A stretch of DNA of 63,462 nucleotides, the filler included, from Octopus bimaculoides (Eukaryota), in NCBI RefSeq assembly GCF_001194135.2. It is 4 parts of 4 records of this genome, joined end to end, with 100 filler letters (N's around TTAATTAATTAA, not from the genome) between each part and the next. Parts side by side here need not be neighbours in the genome. Positions count along the whole stretch, not along the records: positions 47,831 to 61,260 come from NC_068990.1; positions 61,361 to 63,462 come from NW_026319891.1; 2 more parts are not named here. One strand, given 5' to 3'. Positions 50,529 through 63,462 of this stretch are shown in pieces. The translations under genes and the position numbers were made by a program. Position 1 is the first letter of the stretch, and each line of letters opens with the position of its first letter. The notes under the pieces were generated by a model. The model was given only the letters and a program-made list of their open reading frames with translations, was not told the origin of the DNA and did no database searches.

Positions 50529-51408
50529 NNNNNNNNNNNNNNNNNNNNNNNNNNNNNNNNNNNNNNNNNNNNNNNNNNNNNNNNNNNNNNNNNNNNNNNN
50601 NNNNNNNNNNNNNNNNNNNNNNNNNNNNNNNNNNNNNNNNNNNNNNNNNNNNNNNNNNNNNNNNNNNNNNNNNNNNNNNNNNNNNNNNNNNNNNNNNNNN
50701 NNNNNNNNNNNNNNNNNNNNNNNNNNNNNNNNNNNNNNNNNNNNNNNNNNNNNNNNNNNNNNNNNNNNNNNNNNNNNNNNNNNNNNNNNNNNNNNNNNNN
50801 NNNNNNNNNNNNNNNNNNNNNNNNNNNNNNNNNNNNNNNNNNNNNNNNNNNNNNNNNNNNNNNNNNNNNNNNNNNNNNNNNNNNNNNNNNNNNNNNNNNN
50901 NNNNNNNNNNNNNNNNNNNNNNNNNNNNNNNNNNNNNNNNNNNNNNNNNNNNNNNNNNNNNNNNNNNNNNNNNNNNNNNNNNNNNNNNNNNNNNNNNNNN
51001 NNNNNNNNNNNNNNNNNNNNNNNNNNNNNNNNNNNNNNNNNNNNNNNNNNNNNNNNNNNNNNNNNNNNNNNNNNNNNNNNNNNNNNNNNNNNNNNNNNNN
51101 NNNNNNNNNNNNNNNNNNNNNNNNNNNNNNNNNNNNNNNNNNNNNNNNNNNNNNNNNNNNNNNNNNNNNNNNNNNNNNNNNNNNNNNNNNNNNNNNNNNN
51201 NNNNNNNAAATGAGATCAAGGACAGTGTTTCAGAATTCTGTAGGAAATTAAGAAGCACTGGCTGGTTATAATAGCGAAGATGATTCACTATTCAAAAACA
51301 GAAGTGAGCACATCCCCCCACAAAGAAAGAAATAAAGATCTCGACGAATTCTGCTACCACATCGAAAATTTCCGCTACCACACCCTAAACAAACAAAAAT
51401 TATATATA

Positions 51409-51749
51409 TAGTGGCGGACTGGCCAGGTTGCCAGCTTGCCCAATGGCAAGTGAGCCCTTGCACCATTAAAATCCATATATGAGGACCCATGCTAGTATCT
51501 AAGGGGCCCATCCCCTCAAGTTTGAGAATTTTTATTCACTCCTGGAAGAATGTATTAATTATTTCAGCCTGGCTATGTTTGTAGACAGTTGAGAAGAATA
51601 CATTTAACAAAAAAAATTTTTTTAAATTAAATGCTAGCATTGTAATTGTGGGTGGGCCCCCTTGTAGTTGTGGGTGGGCCCCCTTGTAGTTGTTGGTGGG
51701 CCCCCTTAGTCTCCTGGCAACCAATATTTTTAGACCCAGTCCGCGACTG
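51409..51749. mobile_element. hAT-like MITE with internal 22-bp x3 repeat
   Basis: TIRs TAGTGGCGGACTGG / CCAGTCCGCGACTG; TATATATA 8-mers on both flanks; (TTGTGGGTGGGCCCCCTTGTAG)x3 at 51646-51709; many GGGCCC motifs. Confidence 0.7.
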
Positions 51750-51928
51750 TATATATATATATATATATATATATACTGTATCTGCTAGTATTACTGTGGT
51801 TATTATCATTCTTGTTGCTGACCATGTTGTTATCACTGAGCCTGTTCGCCTTCGGTCTATCTACGCTTACTTTTCTTTTATGTTCAGTGTTTAAGTATGT
51901 GTTGTTACAAATATGTGTATGTGTGTGC

Positions 51929-51968
<40 letters not shown>

Positions 51969-52075
51969 NNNNNNNNNNNNNNNNNNNNNNNNNNNNNNNN
52001 NNNNNNNNNNNNNNNNNNNNNNNNNNNNNNNNNNNNNNNNNNNNNNNNNNNNNNNNNNNNNNNNNNNNNNNNNNN

Positions 52076-52123
<48 letters not shown>

Positions 52124-52844
52124 CCTTTTGTATATAGGACAACTACGTTTTTCAACGCGTCCTTTCCTAATTTATGATTGTTGGGTGTGATTTGAAAGAA
52201 ATTTAGTTATTATATCTAGCAGATTGTAGAGCTTCCTTTGCTTCAGAGTAAACTTTGCTATTTTGCATTTCCAGATCAACAGTAGACGAACAAATCTCTG
52301 AAAAACGCATTCCATTGTTGACAAACCAGTCGTTTCTTTATTATGAAATATGGTGCTCAATATAGCCTTTATTTCAAACAGTAGGGTAAAATATTTGACT
52401 GCTATTTTCAGCAGGTTGAAAGACCATATGTCATCTGCCTATTGAACAAAAGTGTCGCAAGACTTTGGTCGGCCCGGGGCTACACTAGAAAGACACTTGC
52501 CCAAGACGCGGCGCAGTAGGATTGAATCCGAAACTTCGTACTTGTCAAGGATACTTCTTAACCACACAGCCATGCCTGCGCCTATACTGTAAATTTTTTG
52601 AAAAATATGTTACATGTTTATCTTTCAATACTTGAAGGTGTGGTTAGAAAACATTAACATATGGTGAACGTAATTGTAGGTCTTTGTGAGGCTGTTCACA
52701 GATGAGTGTTATGTTTAACGTTTGTTTGTTTAGTCAAAAATATTTGACGGCGGTTGTTGTCATTTTTCTCTTTTGGTAGATATTTCAGTAGCGTTACCGA
52801 GTGATATCTTCTCGCTGGGACAACATCGTTGTTGATTTTGCTAG

Positions 52845-52851
52845 TGATGAC

Positions 52852-52886
<35 letters not shown>

Positions 52887-53185
52887 GGTGGAGGAAGAGG
52901 TGGACGACAACGTCGACGACGACGATGATAATGATGACATCAAATATGATAATGAGATTGGCAGCGACGACGAAGGTTGTGACGTCAACGACAACGACGA
53001 TGATGATATATGATGGTAACGATATTGACAACGACGACGATGATGATGATAACGTCAACCATGTTGACGCCGCCGCCATCGACGACGACGACGATGGAAC
53101 GGATGAGAAGAATGAGTATGATGATGAGTATACTGATGACGATGATGATGATCAGATCAGGTCATGATGATAATGATGCTAATGA
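52845..53185. repeat. Degenerate (GAT)/(GAC) trinucleotide tract
   Basis: Asp-rich frame shifts phase at ~53010; simple-repeat origin. Confidence 0.8.
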
Positions 53186-53669
53186 TCATTACAGACCTAT
53201 CAACATTTTCAGAATAAACATAATTAATTAAGTGGTGCACATGTAAGCACTCGGTGAACCGGGTTCACTTTGGTTCAAGTTGGAACAACTTTATTTTTAT
53301 GTCACTAATGCTTTTGGAAACCATGAATGTCACAACCTCTAAAAATTCCAAATTTCGTTTAATACTAGACACATTACCACCCGCGCACACACTCATACAG
53401 ATGCTTATATGCACACCCATACACATACAAATTATACATATACACACAGGCACACTCTCACCTTCCCATACGCGTACCATCATACAGAGGCACAAACACA
53501 TTTCGTTTTTGTATAAGCTTATTTTTGAGTTTGTTTTACTTTTAATGCGCAATCGTTTGTTGAATCATATGTTGTATGTTAGGAGGGTCATTTTATTAGT
53601 AAAAGAACCTCCCAAGGTACAACAGTAGATTCATGTATATATTTAGATATATGTAAATCTTTCCATCTT

Positions 53670-54082
53670 TATATTTTACTTGTTCCAGTCACTGGACTGT
53701 GGTCATGCTGGAGCACTGCCTTCAAGGATTTTCTCGAACAAATCGATCCGTTCTCATATTTTAAGTCTGGAACTTATCATATTTGCTCTTTTTGCTGAAC
53801 CATTAAGTTACAGGAACGTAAACAAACCAACACCGGCTGTCAAATAGTAGGATGGGGGCAAATCCAATCATACACCTACTCACATATACACATACACACA
53901 CGCACGCACACAAACACACATATAGGCAACGGGATTTCATGCAGTTTCCGTCCACCAAATTCAGTCTCTAGGCATTGGTCGGCCCGGGGTTATAGTAGAA
54001 AACACTTTCCCAAGGGGCCGAGCAGTAGGACTGAAACCGAAATCATCTAACTGCAACGCAAGCTTCTTAACCACACAGCCAT
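53670..54082 (-). mobile_element. SINE family B, diverged
   Basis: Family B head, core and tail on minus strand. Confidence 0.75.
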
Positions 54083-54117
54083 AGACACACACATATGTAT
54101 ATACAAGTGTGTGTGTG

Positions 54118-54168
<51 letters not shown>

Positions 54169-54185
54169 GAGAGAGAGAGAGTGTG

Positions 54186-54224
<39 letters not shown>

Positions 54225-54317
54225 GCGTGCGTGCACTAGTACGTTTATATATATAAAGCCACCTTGTATATGTATATATGGTAATTTCCCTGCATATAGA
54301 TGTCAATGTTTTACCAA

Positions 54318-54533
54318 CAAAGGCGGCGAGCTGGCAGAAACGTTAGCACGCCGGGCGAAATGCTTAGCGGTATTTCGTCTGTCTTTACGTTCTAAGTTCA
54401 AATTCCGCCAAGGTAGATTTTGCCTTTCATCTTTTCGGGGTCGATAAATTAAGTACCAGTTGCATTCTGGGGTCGATCTAATCGATTGACCCACCTCCCC
54501 AAAAATTTCTGGCCTTGTGCCGAGAGTAGAAAA
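54318..54533 (+). mobile_element. SINE family A, full length with 13-bp TSD
   Basis: TSD AATGTTTTACCAA at 54305-54317 and 54534-54546. Confidence 0.9.
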
Positions 54534-54764
54534 AATGTTTTACCAAATGAAATTGCACTTCATTTTCGAAGCACTCAGCTATCAGTGCATTGCATATTAT
54601 AGCAGAAACAGCTCTTAACTAAAGAATTTCATGACATAATTTCTTATTCCTTTGTCATTTACTTAATTCCTAATTACTCCTCTGTACTCGACTGGCGCTT
54701 TATTCTGAAGCATACTTGTATTGAGTTCTAACACCAGGTCATTGGTATTGCTATGCCTAAGCAA

Positions 54765-54816
<52 letters not shown>

Positions 54817-55293
54817 CCCGGATGCAGTACCAGGCAGTGGTTCTCAAGGCTTCTGATCTTAATTGATTAGAAGTGTTTTGTTTTGTCTTGGTATAAACGA
54901 TGGGCTACAGCAAATATTCTGCTTAATACCACAGATTTGCTTGTCAGTTGTTTAACCTTAACCAGTTGAGCATGTCCCTTTGTAGCTGACGATATGTGCA
55001 TCTCTGATCATGAGCAGAAGTAGTGGGGGAGCATCATAGCCATGTGTTGAGAAGAATTCTTTGGGGTTTGACTAATTCACCTTTGGAAACATGGATGTTT
55101 CATTCAACATCCCTTAACAACCCTTATTCGGGGACCTTTTGAGCGGGATGGGCTACTCGACCTGGAGAAAATTCTAACTGGGCCCCACCTGCGAGGTCAT
55201 GCGCTGTTTATCTTGGTATGAGATCACCATGTCGCGCATATATGGTTGTGATGCATGTGCCTGGTGTACCCTTATCAGACGGGTAGTCCTGAT
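54765..55293 (+). mobile_element. (AAT)17 followed by a non-coding repeat-like segment, possibly the 5' UTR or a derivative of a TAA-targeting retroelement
   Basis: Sharp boundary at 54816; (AAT)n in the same strand sense as at the Dong-like 3' end at 6458; no ORF; ends in gap. Confidence 0.35.
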
Positions 55294-55549
55294 NNNNNNN
55301 NNNTATATATATATATACATATATATATACATATATCTATATGTATAATACACGTGCGCGCACGCATGCACACACACACACATATATAGTTCAAATAAAG
55401 GTTACAAACCTCGTTAAGGGATAATAAAATCCAGTGAAAATACTGGTTAGTTACCTATTCAAAAAGTATTGAATATTACAATCAATATTCAACTGCAAAG
55501 TAACTAGATAAACTGTAGTTTATATATATTTAAAGAAGATGAGAAAACA

Positions 55550-55735
55550 GAGATAATTGATAAATAATTATTTATTAATTAAAAAATTTGACAACATCTC
55601 TGACAGCTGTTTCAATTCCAAACCTTTAGAATTTAATTTTAAAAATTGATGAGATTCGACTTTTAAATGGTTTTAATTTTGTCAGAGATGTTGTCAAAAT
55701 TTTTAATAGATAAATAATTATTTATTAATTATCTC
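55550..55735. mobile_element. Fold-back element with ~56-bp inverted arms whose spacer is a hammerhead
   Basis: 55550-55605 and 55680-55735 are near-perfect reverse complements. Confidence 0.8.
55595..55690 (-). ncRNA. Near-intact type I hammerhead (G8A, consistent with CpG decay)
   Basis: CUGACAA, long stem II AAUU/AAUU + AAACC/GGUUU + UUUA/UAAA, GAAA, palindromic stem III ACAGCUGU, GUC site with cleavage between 55602 and 55601. Confidence 0.6.
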
Positions 55736-56790
55736 TCTATTTTCTAATATATATATATATACACTTTGGTCTCTTATATGTAAGTATATATTTATCTAAA
55801 TCTTGTACGACTCTATTCTTTTATTCTTTTATTCTTTCCTTCTTTCTATCAGTCCTTTCACGCTTACTTCGTTCATTCCACTCTTCGTTCTTTCGTTCCC
55901 CCTCTCTCACATTTCCCTGCCTTCTCTTCCTGCTCACTTTCCCTCCTCTTTTCACTTCACTGTGTCCTTGTCATTTTTTCTCGACCCTCCTTATTTCTTC
56001 TGTCCCTCTGCCTCTACCTCTCTCTCTTCTTTCCTCACATGACCAGTGTTCGCTGAAGCCTGACCTTTCTTTCTTGGTTCGGCCGATGTCCGTGCAACAT
56101 CTATATTCTTCCCTGTGCCTGTGAAATCTTGTATTCCTGCCGTAAGGTTTTACTTCCACGCACACCAGCTTAATTTAATTCGTCCTTAGTCAAAAGCAAC
56201 CTGTTGTTATGTCCTGTTATTTGTATTTGTGTAAACTCCTCCGTTTTTTCCGTCCTTGTTTTAGTATTTATTCGCTGCTTTCTTGCAAGGAATCTAATGC
56301 TCTTAGCTTAGTTTTTCCTTGGGGCTGGGCAGATTGGAGCAATATCGAGTATATCCAGCTGAAATTGCAAAGGTAAACAGCAACTCGACTGAGGAAAGAA
56401 AACTCCGAATGATCCGTCCTCGTTTTCTTTGTATCGTCTATCTGGATGTTTTGTTGTGCCTTTCTTGTATCACCTGTCTGGATATTTTGCGTTCTTGTCC
56501 CATTGTGTGTGTGTATATATATNNNNNNNNNNNNNNNNNNNNNNNNNNNNNNNNNNNNNNNNNNNNNNNNNNNNNNNNNNNNNNNNNNNNNNNNNNNNNN
56601 NNNNNNNNNNNNNNNNNNNNNNNNNNNNNNNNNNNNNNNNNNNNNNNNNNNNNNNNNNNNNNNNNNNNNNNNNNNNNNNNNNNNNNNNNNNNNNNNNNNN
56701 NNNNNNNNNNNNNNNNNNNNNNNNNNNNNNNNNNNNNNNNNNNNNNNNNNNNNNNNNNNNNNNNNNNNNNNNNNNNNNNNNNNNNNNTAT

Positions 56791-57169
56791 AAGCAATGTT
56801 AATTCTCTAAATGAAGTATTAACAGTAACAGCACGATAAAGTGAAGTGTATTGCCACTTAAGTGTGGCTGACCCCTAGGGGTGGATGTTACTGTTACTTT
56901 ATCCCCAGGAGGACATCTCCTCCAGCTGGCTTATCGACACACTACTGTGTCCTGTTTGTTTTGCCAAGGGAAGTTATCCCTCTGATCGTGATCGTAGCAC
57001 GAACGGACCCGGGTTTCAGGGTTATTTCCCTTCGTCAGCGTCCGATAGCTACCGACCTTCGATGAGAGATACAAATTCTTGGCAACCTTATGTATATTTT
57101 TCCAGTGAAATTCTTCACTGATATCGAAAAAGTGAAAACAAGCAATGTTAATTCTCTAAATGAAGTATT
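56791..57169 (-). mobile_element. Retrozyme-like unit: 349-bp period with 30-bp terminal direct repeat and central hammerhead
   Basis: AAGCAATGTTAATTCTCTAAATGAAGTATT at 56791-56820 and 57140-57169; several internal hairpins. Confidence 0.65.
56994..57052 (-). ncRNA. Intact type I hammerhead ribozyme
   Basis: GUAGC-uau-CGGACG CUGACGA AGGG(aaauaa)CCCU GAAA CCCGGGU C CGUUCG-u-GCUAC; all core nucleotides present, GUC site with cleavage between 57006 and 57005. Confidence 0.85.
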
Positions 57170-58302
<1,133 letters not shown>

Positions 58303-58743
58303 GGTCTGTAAACAGCTCTCTATTCATTAGAATGAAAATTTGTCAATTTTTACCCTGAAAAGATTTTTGCCTTTTAAATGCATAATGCAGTCTTAACTGC
58401 AAAACATGAATGAAGGTCAGAAAATCAAACGTATGTAGGTGACATGAAATTGACTATTATATAAATAGATTGATTTTTCCTGTGTTCAAATTCTCCATTT
58501 TCCTTATATTATTAAAATTCTCTTCTTTTGTATCGAATGGATGAAAACATCTATAATGACAACTGGAACTTAATAAATGTTAACACTAATACTAACACAA
58601 GTGAATGAAATCCAAAGTATATTAATCGATACGGAGCTAAACCGGTGTACACTTGTATGAAATACATCCCTGTGAAAGAGCAACCTTTTCCCATTCGAAA
58701 CTTTATGAATATATGTGTGTTGTGTGTGTGTTTGTGAGTACGT

Positions 58744-58778
<35 letters not shown>

Positions 58779-59369
58779 NNNNNNNNNNTGTGTGTTTGTG
58801 TTTGTGTGTGTGTGTGTGTGTGTTTGTGTGTGTGTGTGAGTGCGTACGTGTGTGTGTGTGTGTGTGTATAAACGTATAAGACTTTCTCAATCTTCTCGAG
58901 CGTCAAACTAATACACTTTCTTGTTGTTCATACACTGGGTTCATCTTTTGTTTTTATGCAAATTTCAACTATATATAAATATATATGTGTTTGAAAACGT
59001 CAAATGAAAGCGCTCCCACACTAGAAAAAAAACTTCTTCCCAGAAAAGTTAAGCAATATCCTGATAAATGATTTCATAAGATTTTTTTAAAAAGTAATCT
59101 GGATCTATTCAATATGACGTACAGATTTTTTTAATTAATGTTTTTTTAACACTTTGAAATTTCGGATACTGGTAGAATGTGTCCTGTAGAACAGGGTTTG
59201 CTATTAACGTTTTTGACAAAATTTAGTATTTTACAAGTTATTTCGTGTTAAAATTGTCGTATTTGGGTAATTTTAACCAATCAATGACGTGTATTTAGCT
59301 GAAGAAAATTGCTGCTAACCAGAGATGTTTTTATAGCAACATATATGAGAAAGTGTCCATCTATCTATG

Positions 59370-60099
<730 letters not shown>

Positions 60100-60122
60100 G
60101 TGTGTGTGTGTCTGTGTGTATG

Positions 60123-60194
<72 letters not shown>

Positions 60195-60196
<2 letters not shown>

Positions 60197-61260
60197 CCGG
60201 TCTCCCCATAAGTTCTGTCCGATTTTACTTTTTTAACATTAAATGAAATTTAATAGTGTTTTAGAATGTCTAATGAAATTATAAATTATTTTTATGCATT
60301 TGTGTACATTTATACTAATTAAATATTATCTTCCAGAAAAATAGAATTAGAATTTGTTTGATTAAAATCCCTTTCTAACATGGAAGTATCCAAAGAGCAT
60401 TTAAGGCACATAATGCTTTATGAGTACAAAAAAGGAAACTCTGCAGCCGAAGCGACTTGAAACATACACTCAGTTTATAGGAAAGAATGCTTGAATGAAA
60501 GAACTTGCAGAAGATGGTTTGCAAAATTTAGAAGTGGAGATTTCAGCCTTGAAGATGAAGATCGAACAGGACATCCAGTTGAGTTTGATGATAAGCTCTT
60601 TGAGACATTACTTGAAGAAAATCCTCCATTATCAGTCGAAGAATTGGCAATAAAGCTTAGTTCAAACCATACAACTGTTCATCGTCATCTTCAACAACTT
60701 GGAAAGGTTCCTAAACTTGGAAAATGGGTGTCTCATGAATAGTCCGAAAGCAACCGCAAATCCAGTCGCGAACTTATTTCACACTTTTTTGGATAGACTT
60801 GTGACTGGTGACGAAAAATGGATCTTCTATCGAAATATTAAACGTTGTAAACAGTGGCTTGGTAAAAGGGAAATAACTCAACCACAACCAAGAAGGGAAC
60901 TTCATGGAATAAAGTTCTTCTCTGTATCTGGTGGGATTGCAAAGGAGTAATTCACTTTGAATTATTACCACCTAATGCAAAATCCAATGCTCAAGTCTTC
61001 TGTCAACAATAAGAAAGTTTGAACCAAGCTTTGAAGTAAAAAAATTTCCCGCTTTAGTAAATCGAAAAGGAGTGATGTTTCGCCAGGACAATGCGCGACA
61101 CCACACTGCAAAGATCACATCACAGAATATCGAAGAGCTTGGTTGGGAAAAAATTCCTCATCCATCTTATTCTCCCGACCTTGCTCCTTCAGACTACCAT
61201 TTGTTTCGTAGTTTACAGAATCATTTGGGGGACATAACTTTCGCAAGCCAAGAGGAGGTC
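60195..61260 (+). mobile_element. mariner DD34D transposon (left TIR and disrupted transposase)
   Basis: ATG at 60380 MEVSKEHLRHIMLYEY; WFAKFRSGDFSLED, KWVSHE, VTGDEKW, QDNARHH, YSPDLAPSDY (34-residue D-D spacing); in-frame stops and frameshifts. Confidence 0.92.
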
Positions 61261-61558
61261 NNNNNNNNNNNNNNNNNNNNNNNNNNNNNNNNNNNNNNNN
61301 NNNNTTAATTAATTAANNNNNNNNNNNNNNNNNNNNNNNNNNNNNNNNNNNNNNNNNNNNTGTGTGTGTGTGTGTGTGTGTTTGTGTGCGTGTGTGTGAA
61401 AGTATAGATGATAACTAAGTATAGATCTAAGTAGATATGACACGCATTTTATTTGTAAATCTCTCTTCTCAATCTCTCACTCGAACTCATTCTCTCACTC
61501 TCCCGGTCCCTCTGTGCTATTCTTTTCCTTCTCTCCAGACCTTTCTCCTCTCCTCTTT

Positions 61559-61585
61559 CTGACGAAGAACCATGCTAGAAACGTC
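61559..61585 (+). ncRNA. Minimal Penelope-type hammerhead relic
   Basis: CTGACGA-A-GAAC(cat)GCTA-GAAACGTC; core intact, stem II has two mismatches, no clear stem I. Confidence 0.4.
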
Positions 61586-61915
61586 ACACGGACCCCTATT
61601 TTCCGTCTTAATCCGAACGTCCACCTAATACATCCGCTACCTACGTACTTTTCGTTTTTACATTTGTTTTCATTTTTGATTATATATATATATATATATA
61701 TCTTTATACATACAAGAATATATAAATTTAGATATAAGTATGCATATATATGTGTATATATATATATATATTTCTATATATATATATATATATATATCAT
61801 TATACATACACGAATATATAAATTTAGATATAAGTACACACATATATATTTATAAATATATATATATATAAATAAATACATACATATATGTATATATATA
61901 TATATATTTATTCAA

Positions 61916-61949
<34 letters not shown>

Positions 61950-62867
61950 NNNNNNNNNNNNNNNNNNNNNNNNNNNNNNNNNNNNNNNNNNNNNNNNNNN
62001 NNNNNNNNNNNNNNNNNNNNNNNNNNNNNNNNNNNNNNNNNNNNNNNNNNNNNNNNNNNNNNNNNNNNNNNNNNNNNNNNNNNNNNNNNNNNNNNNNNNN
62101 NNNNNNNNNNNNNNNNNNNNNNNNNNNNNNNNNNNNNNNNNNNNNNNNNNNNNNNNNNNNNNNNNNNNNNNNNNNNNNNNNNNNNNNNNNNNNNNNNNNN
62201 NNNNNNNNNNNNNNNNNNNNNNNNNNNNNNNNNNNNNNNNNNNNNNNNNNNNNNNNNNNNNNNNNNNNNNNNNNNNNNNNNNNNNNNNNNNNNNNNNNNN
62301 NNNNNNNNNNNNNNNNNNNNNNNNNNNNNNNNNNNNNNNNNNNNNNNNNNNNNNNNNNNNNNNNNNNNNNNNNNNNNNNNNNNNNNNNNNNNNNNNNNNN
62401 NNNNNNNNNNNNNNNNNNNNNNNNNNNNNNNNNNNNNNNNNNNNNNNNNNNNNNNNNNNNNNNNNNNNNNNNNNNNNNNNNNNNNNNNNNNNNNNNNNNN
62501 NNNNNNNNNNNNNNNNNNNNNNNNNNNNNNNNNNNNNNNNNNNNNNNNNNNNNNNNNNNNNNNNNNNNNNNNNNNNNNNNNNNNNNNNNNNNNNNNNNNN
62601 NNNNNNNNNNNNNNNNNNNNNNNNNNNNNNNNNNNNNNNNNNNNNNNNNNNNNNNNNNNNNNNNNNNNNNNNNCGCATACATATATTTGATTAATTTATA
62701 TACATACATATACATACACACACACATATATATAGATATATATACATATATATACATATACACATATATATACATATATATACATATACACATATATATA
62801 CTTATATATACATATATATACATATATATATACACGCACACACATTATATATATATATATATATAGG

Positions 62868-63029
62868 AGCTACCGTGCCTGTGTAATAGGAAGCTTATTT
62901 TCTCCAACGACATGGTCCAGGTGGAGTAGCATCTTGATCATGTGACTTCTACTATCGTCTCGAACCAACAAGCGACTTGTGAATGGAAATTGATAGACTG
63001 AAACTGAAAAAAGCCCGTCAGATATAGAC

Positions 63030-63067
<38 letters not shown>

Positions 63068-63280
63068 AACTGTGAGTGTTTGTTTCAGTGTCCTCAAACA
63101 CCGCTTCGCAACCGGTGTGTTGTGTTTATTTCCCCACAATTAGCGGTTCCGGAAAAGAGAACAGCAGAATAAATATCAGGCTTAAAAAATAAGTATTGGA
63201 GTCGATTCATTAGACTAAGACATTGTTTAAGGCTCTCTCCCAGCATGGCCGCAGTCCAATGATTGAAATGACCAAAAGGA
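62868..63280 (+). mobile_element. SINE family B, diverged
   Basis: Family B head, core and CAGCATGGCCGCAG tail. Confidence 0.75.
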
Positions 63281-63462
63281 AACGAAGAGGATATATCTGA
63301 GTGTGTATGCCTATATGTATACCATATGAATGCATGTATTTATGTATTTCTATGTGTGTTTGTATGTATAAGCATAAAACAATATATAAGAACTGTATAA
63401 ATATAAATACATATCTCTGTGCGTGTATATATAAATGTGTATATATATATATATATATATAT

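Noticed and set aside
52801-53167. Asp-rich ORFs resembling an acidic protein domain
   Set aside because: Degenerate (GAT/GAC)n tract; the Asp frame breaks at ~53010 and there is no supported exon structure

Overview
AT-rich, repeat-dominated eukaryotic DNA from a gapped draft assembly. The SINE families and microsatellite density suggest a coleoid cephalopod such as Octopus (inference, not verified). No confident host protein-coding exon, tRNA/rRNA gene or CRISPR array was found. Nearly all ORFs in the track are microsatellite, N-gap or transposon artefacts. Recognisable mobile elements: four or more modular SINE families, LINE relics (RTE, one with a twin-priming-type 5' inversion; Tx1/L1; CR1-group; two RLE/R4-like families), a Penelope-like element with a GIY-YIG domain, Tc1/mariner relics of DD36E, DD37D and DD34D type, and MITEs. 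The main unexpected signal is a dispersed set of type I hammerhead ribozyme (HHR) motifs with palindromic stem III. Two look fully intact (41880-41940 +, 56994-57052 -), two have one core change (9439-9528 -, 55595-55690 -) and about eight are relics. Several sit inside short non-coding elements bounded by inverted repeats, in two cases with an arm ending at or next to the predicted cleavage site. One sits in a 349-bp unit with 30-bp terminal redundancy, like a retrozyme/circRNA retrocopy. All folds were derived by eye; none has been tested.
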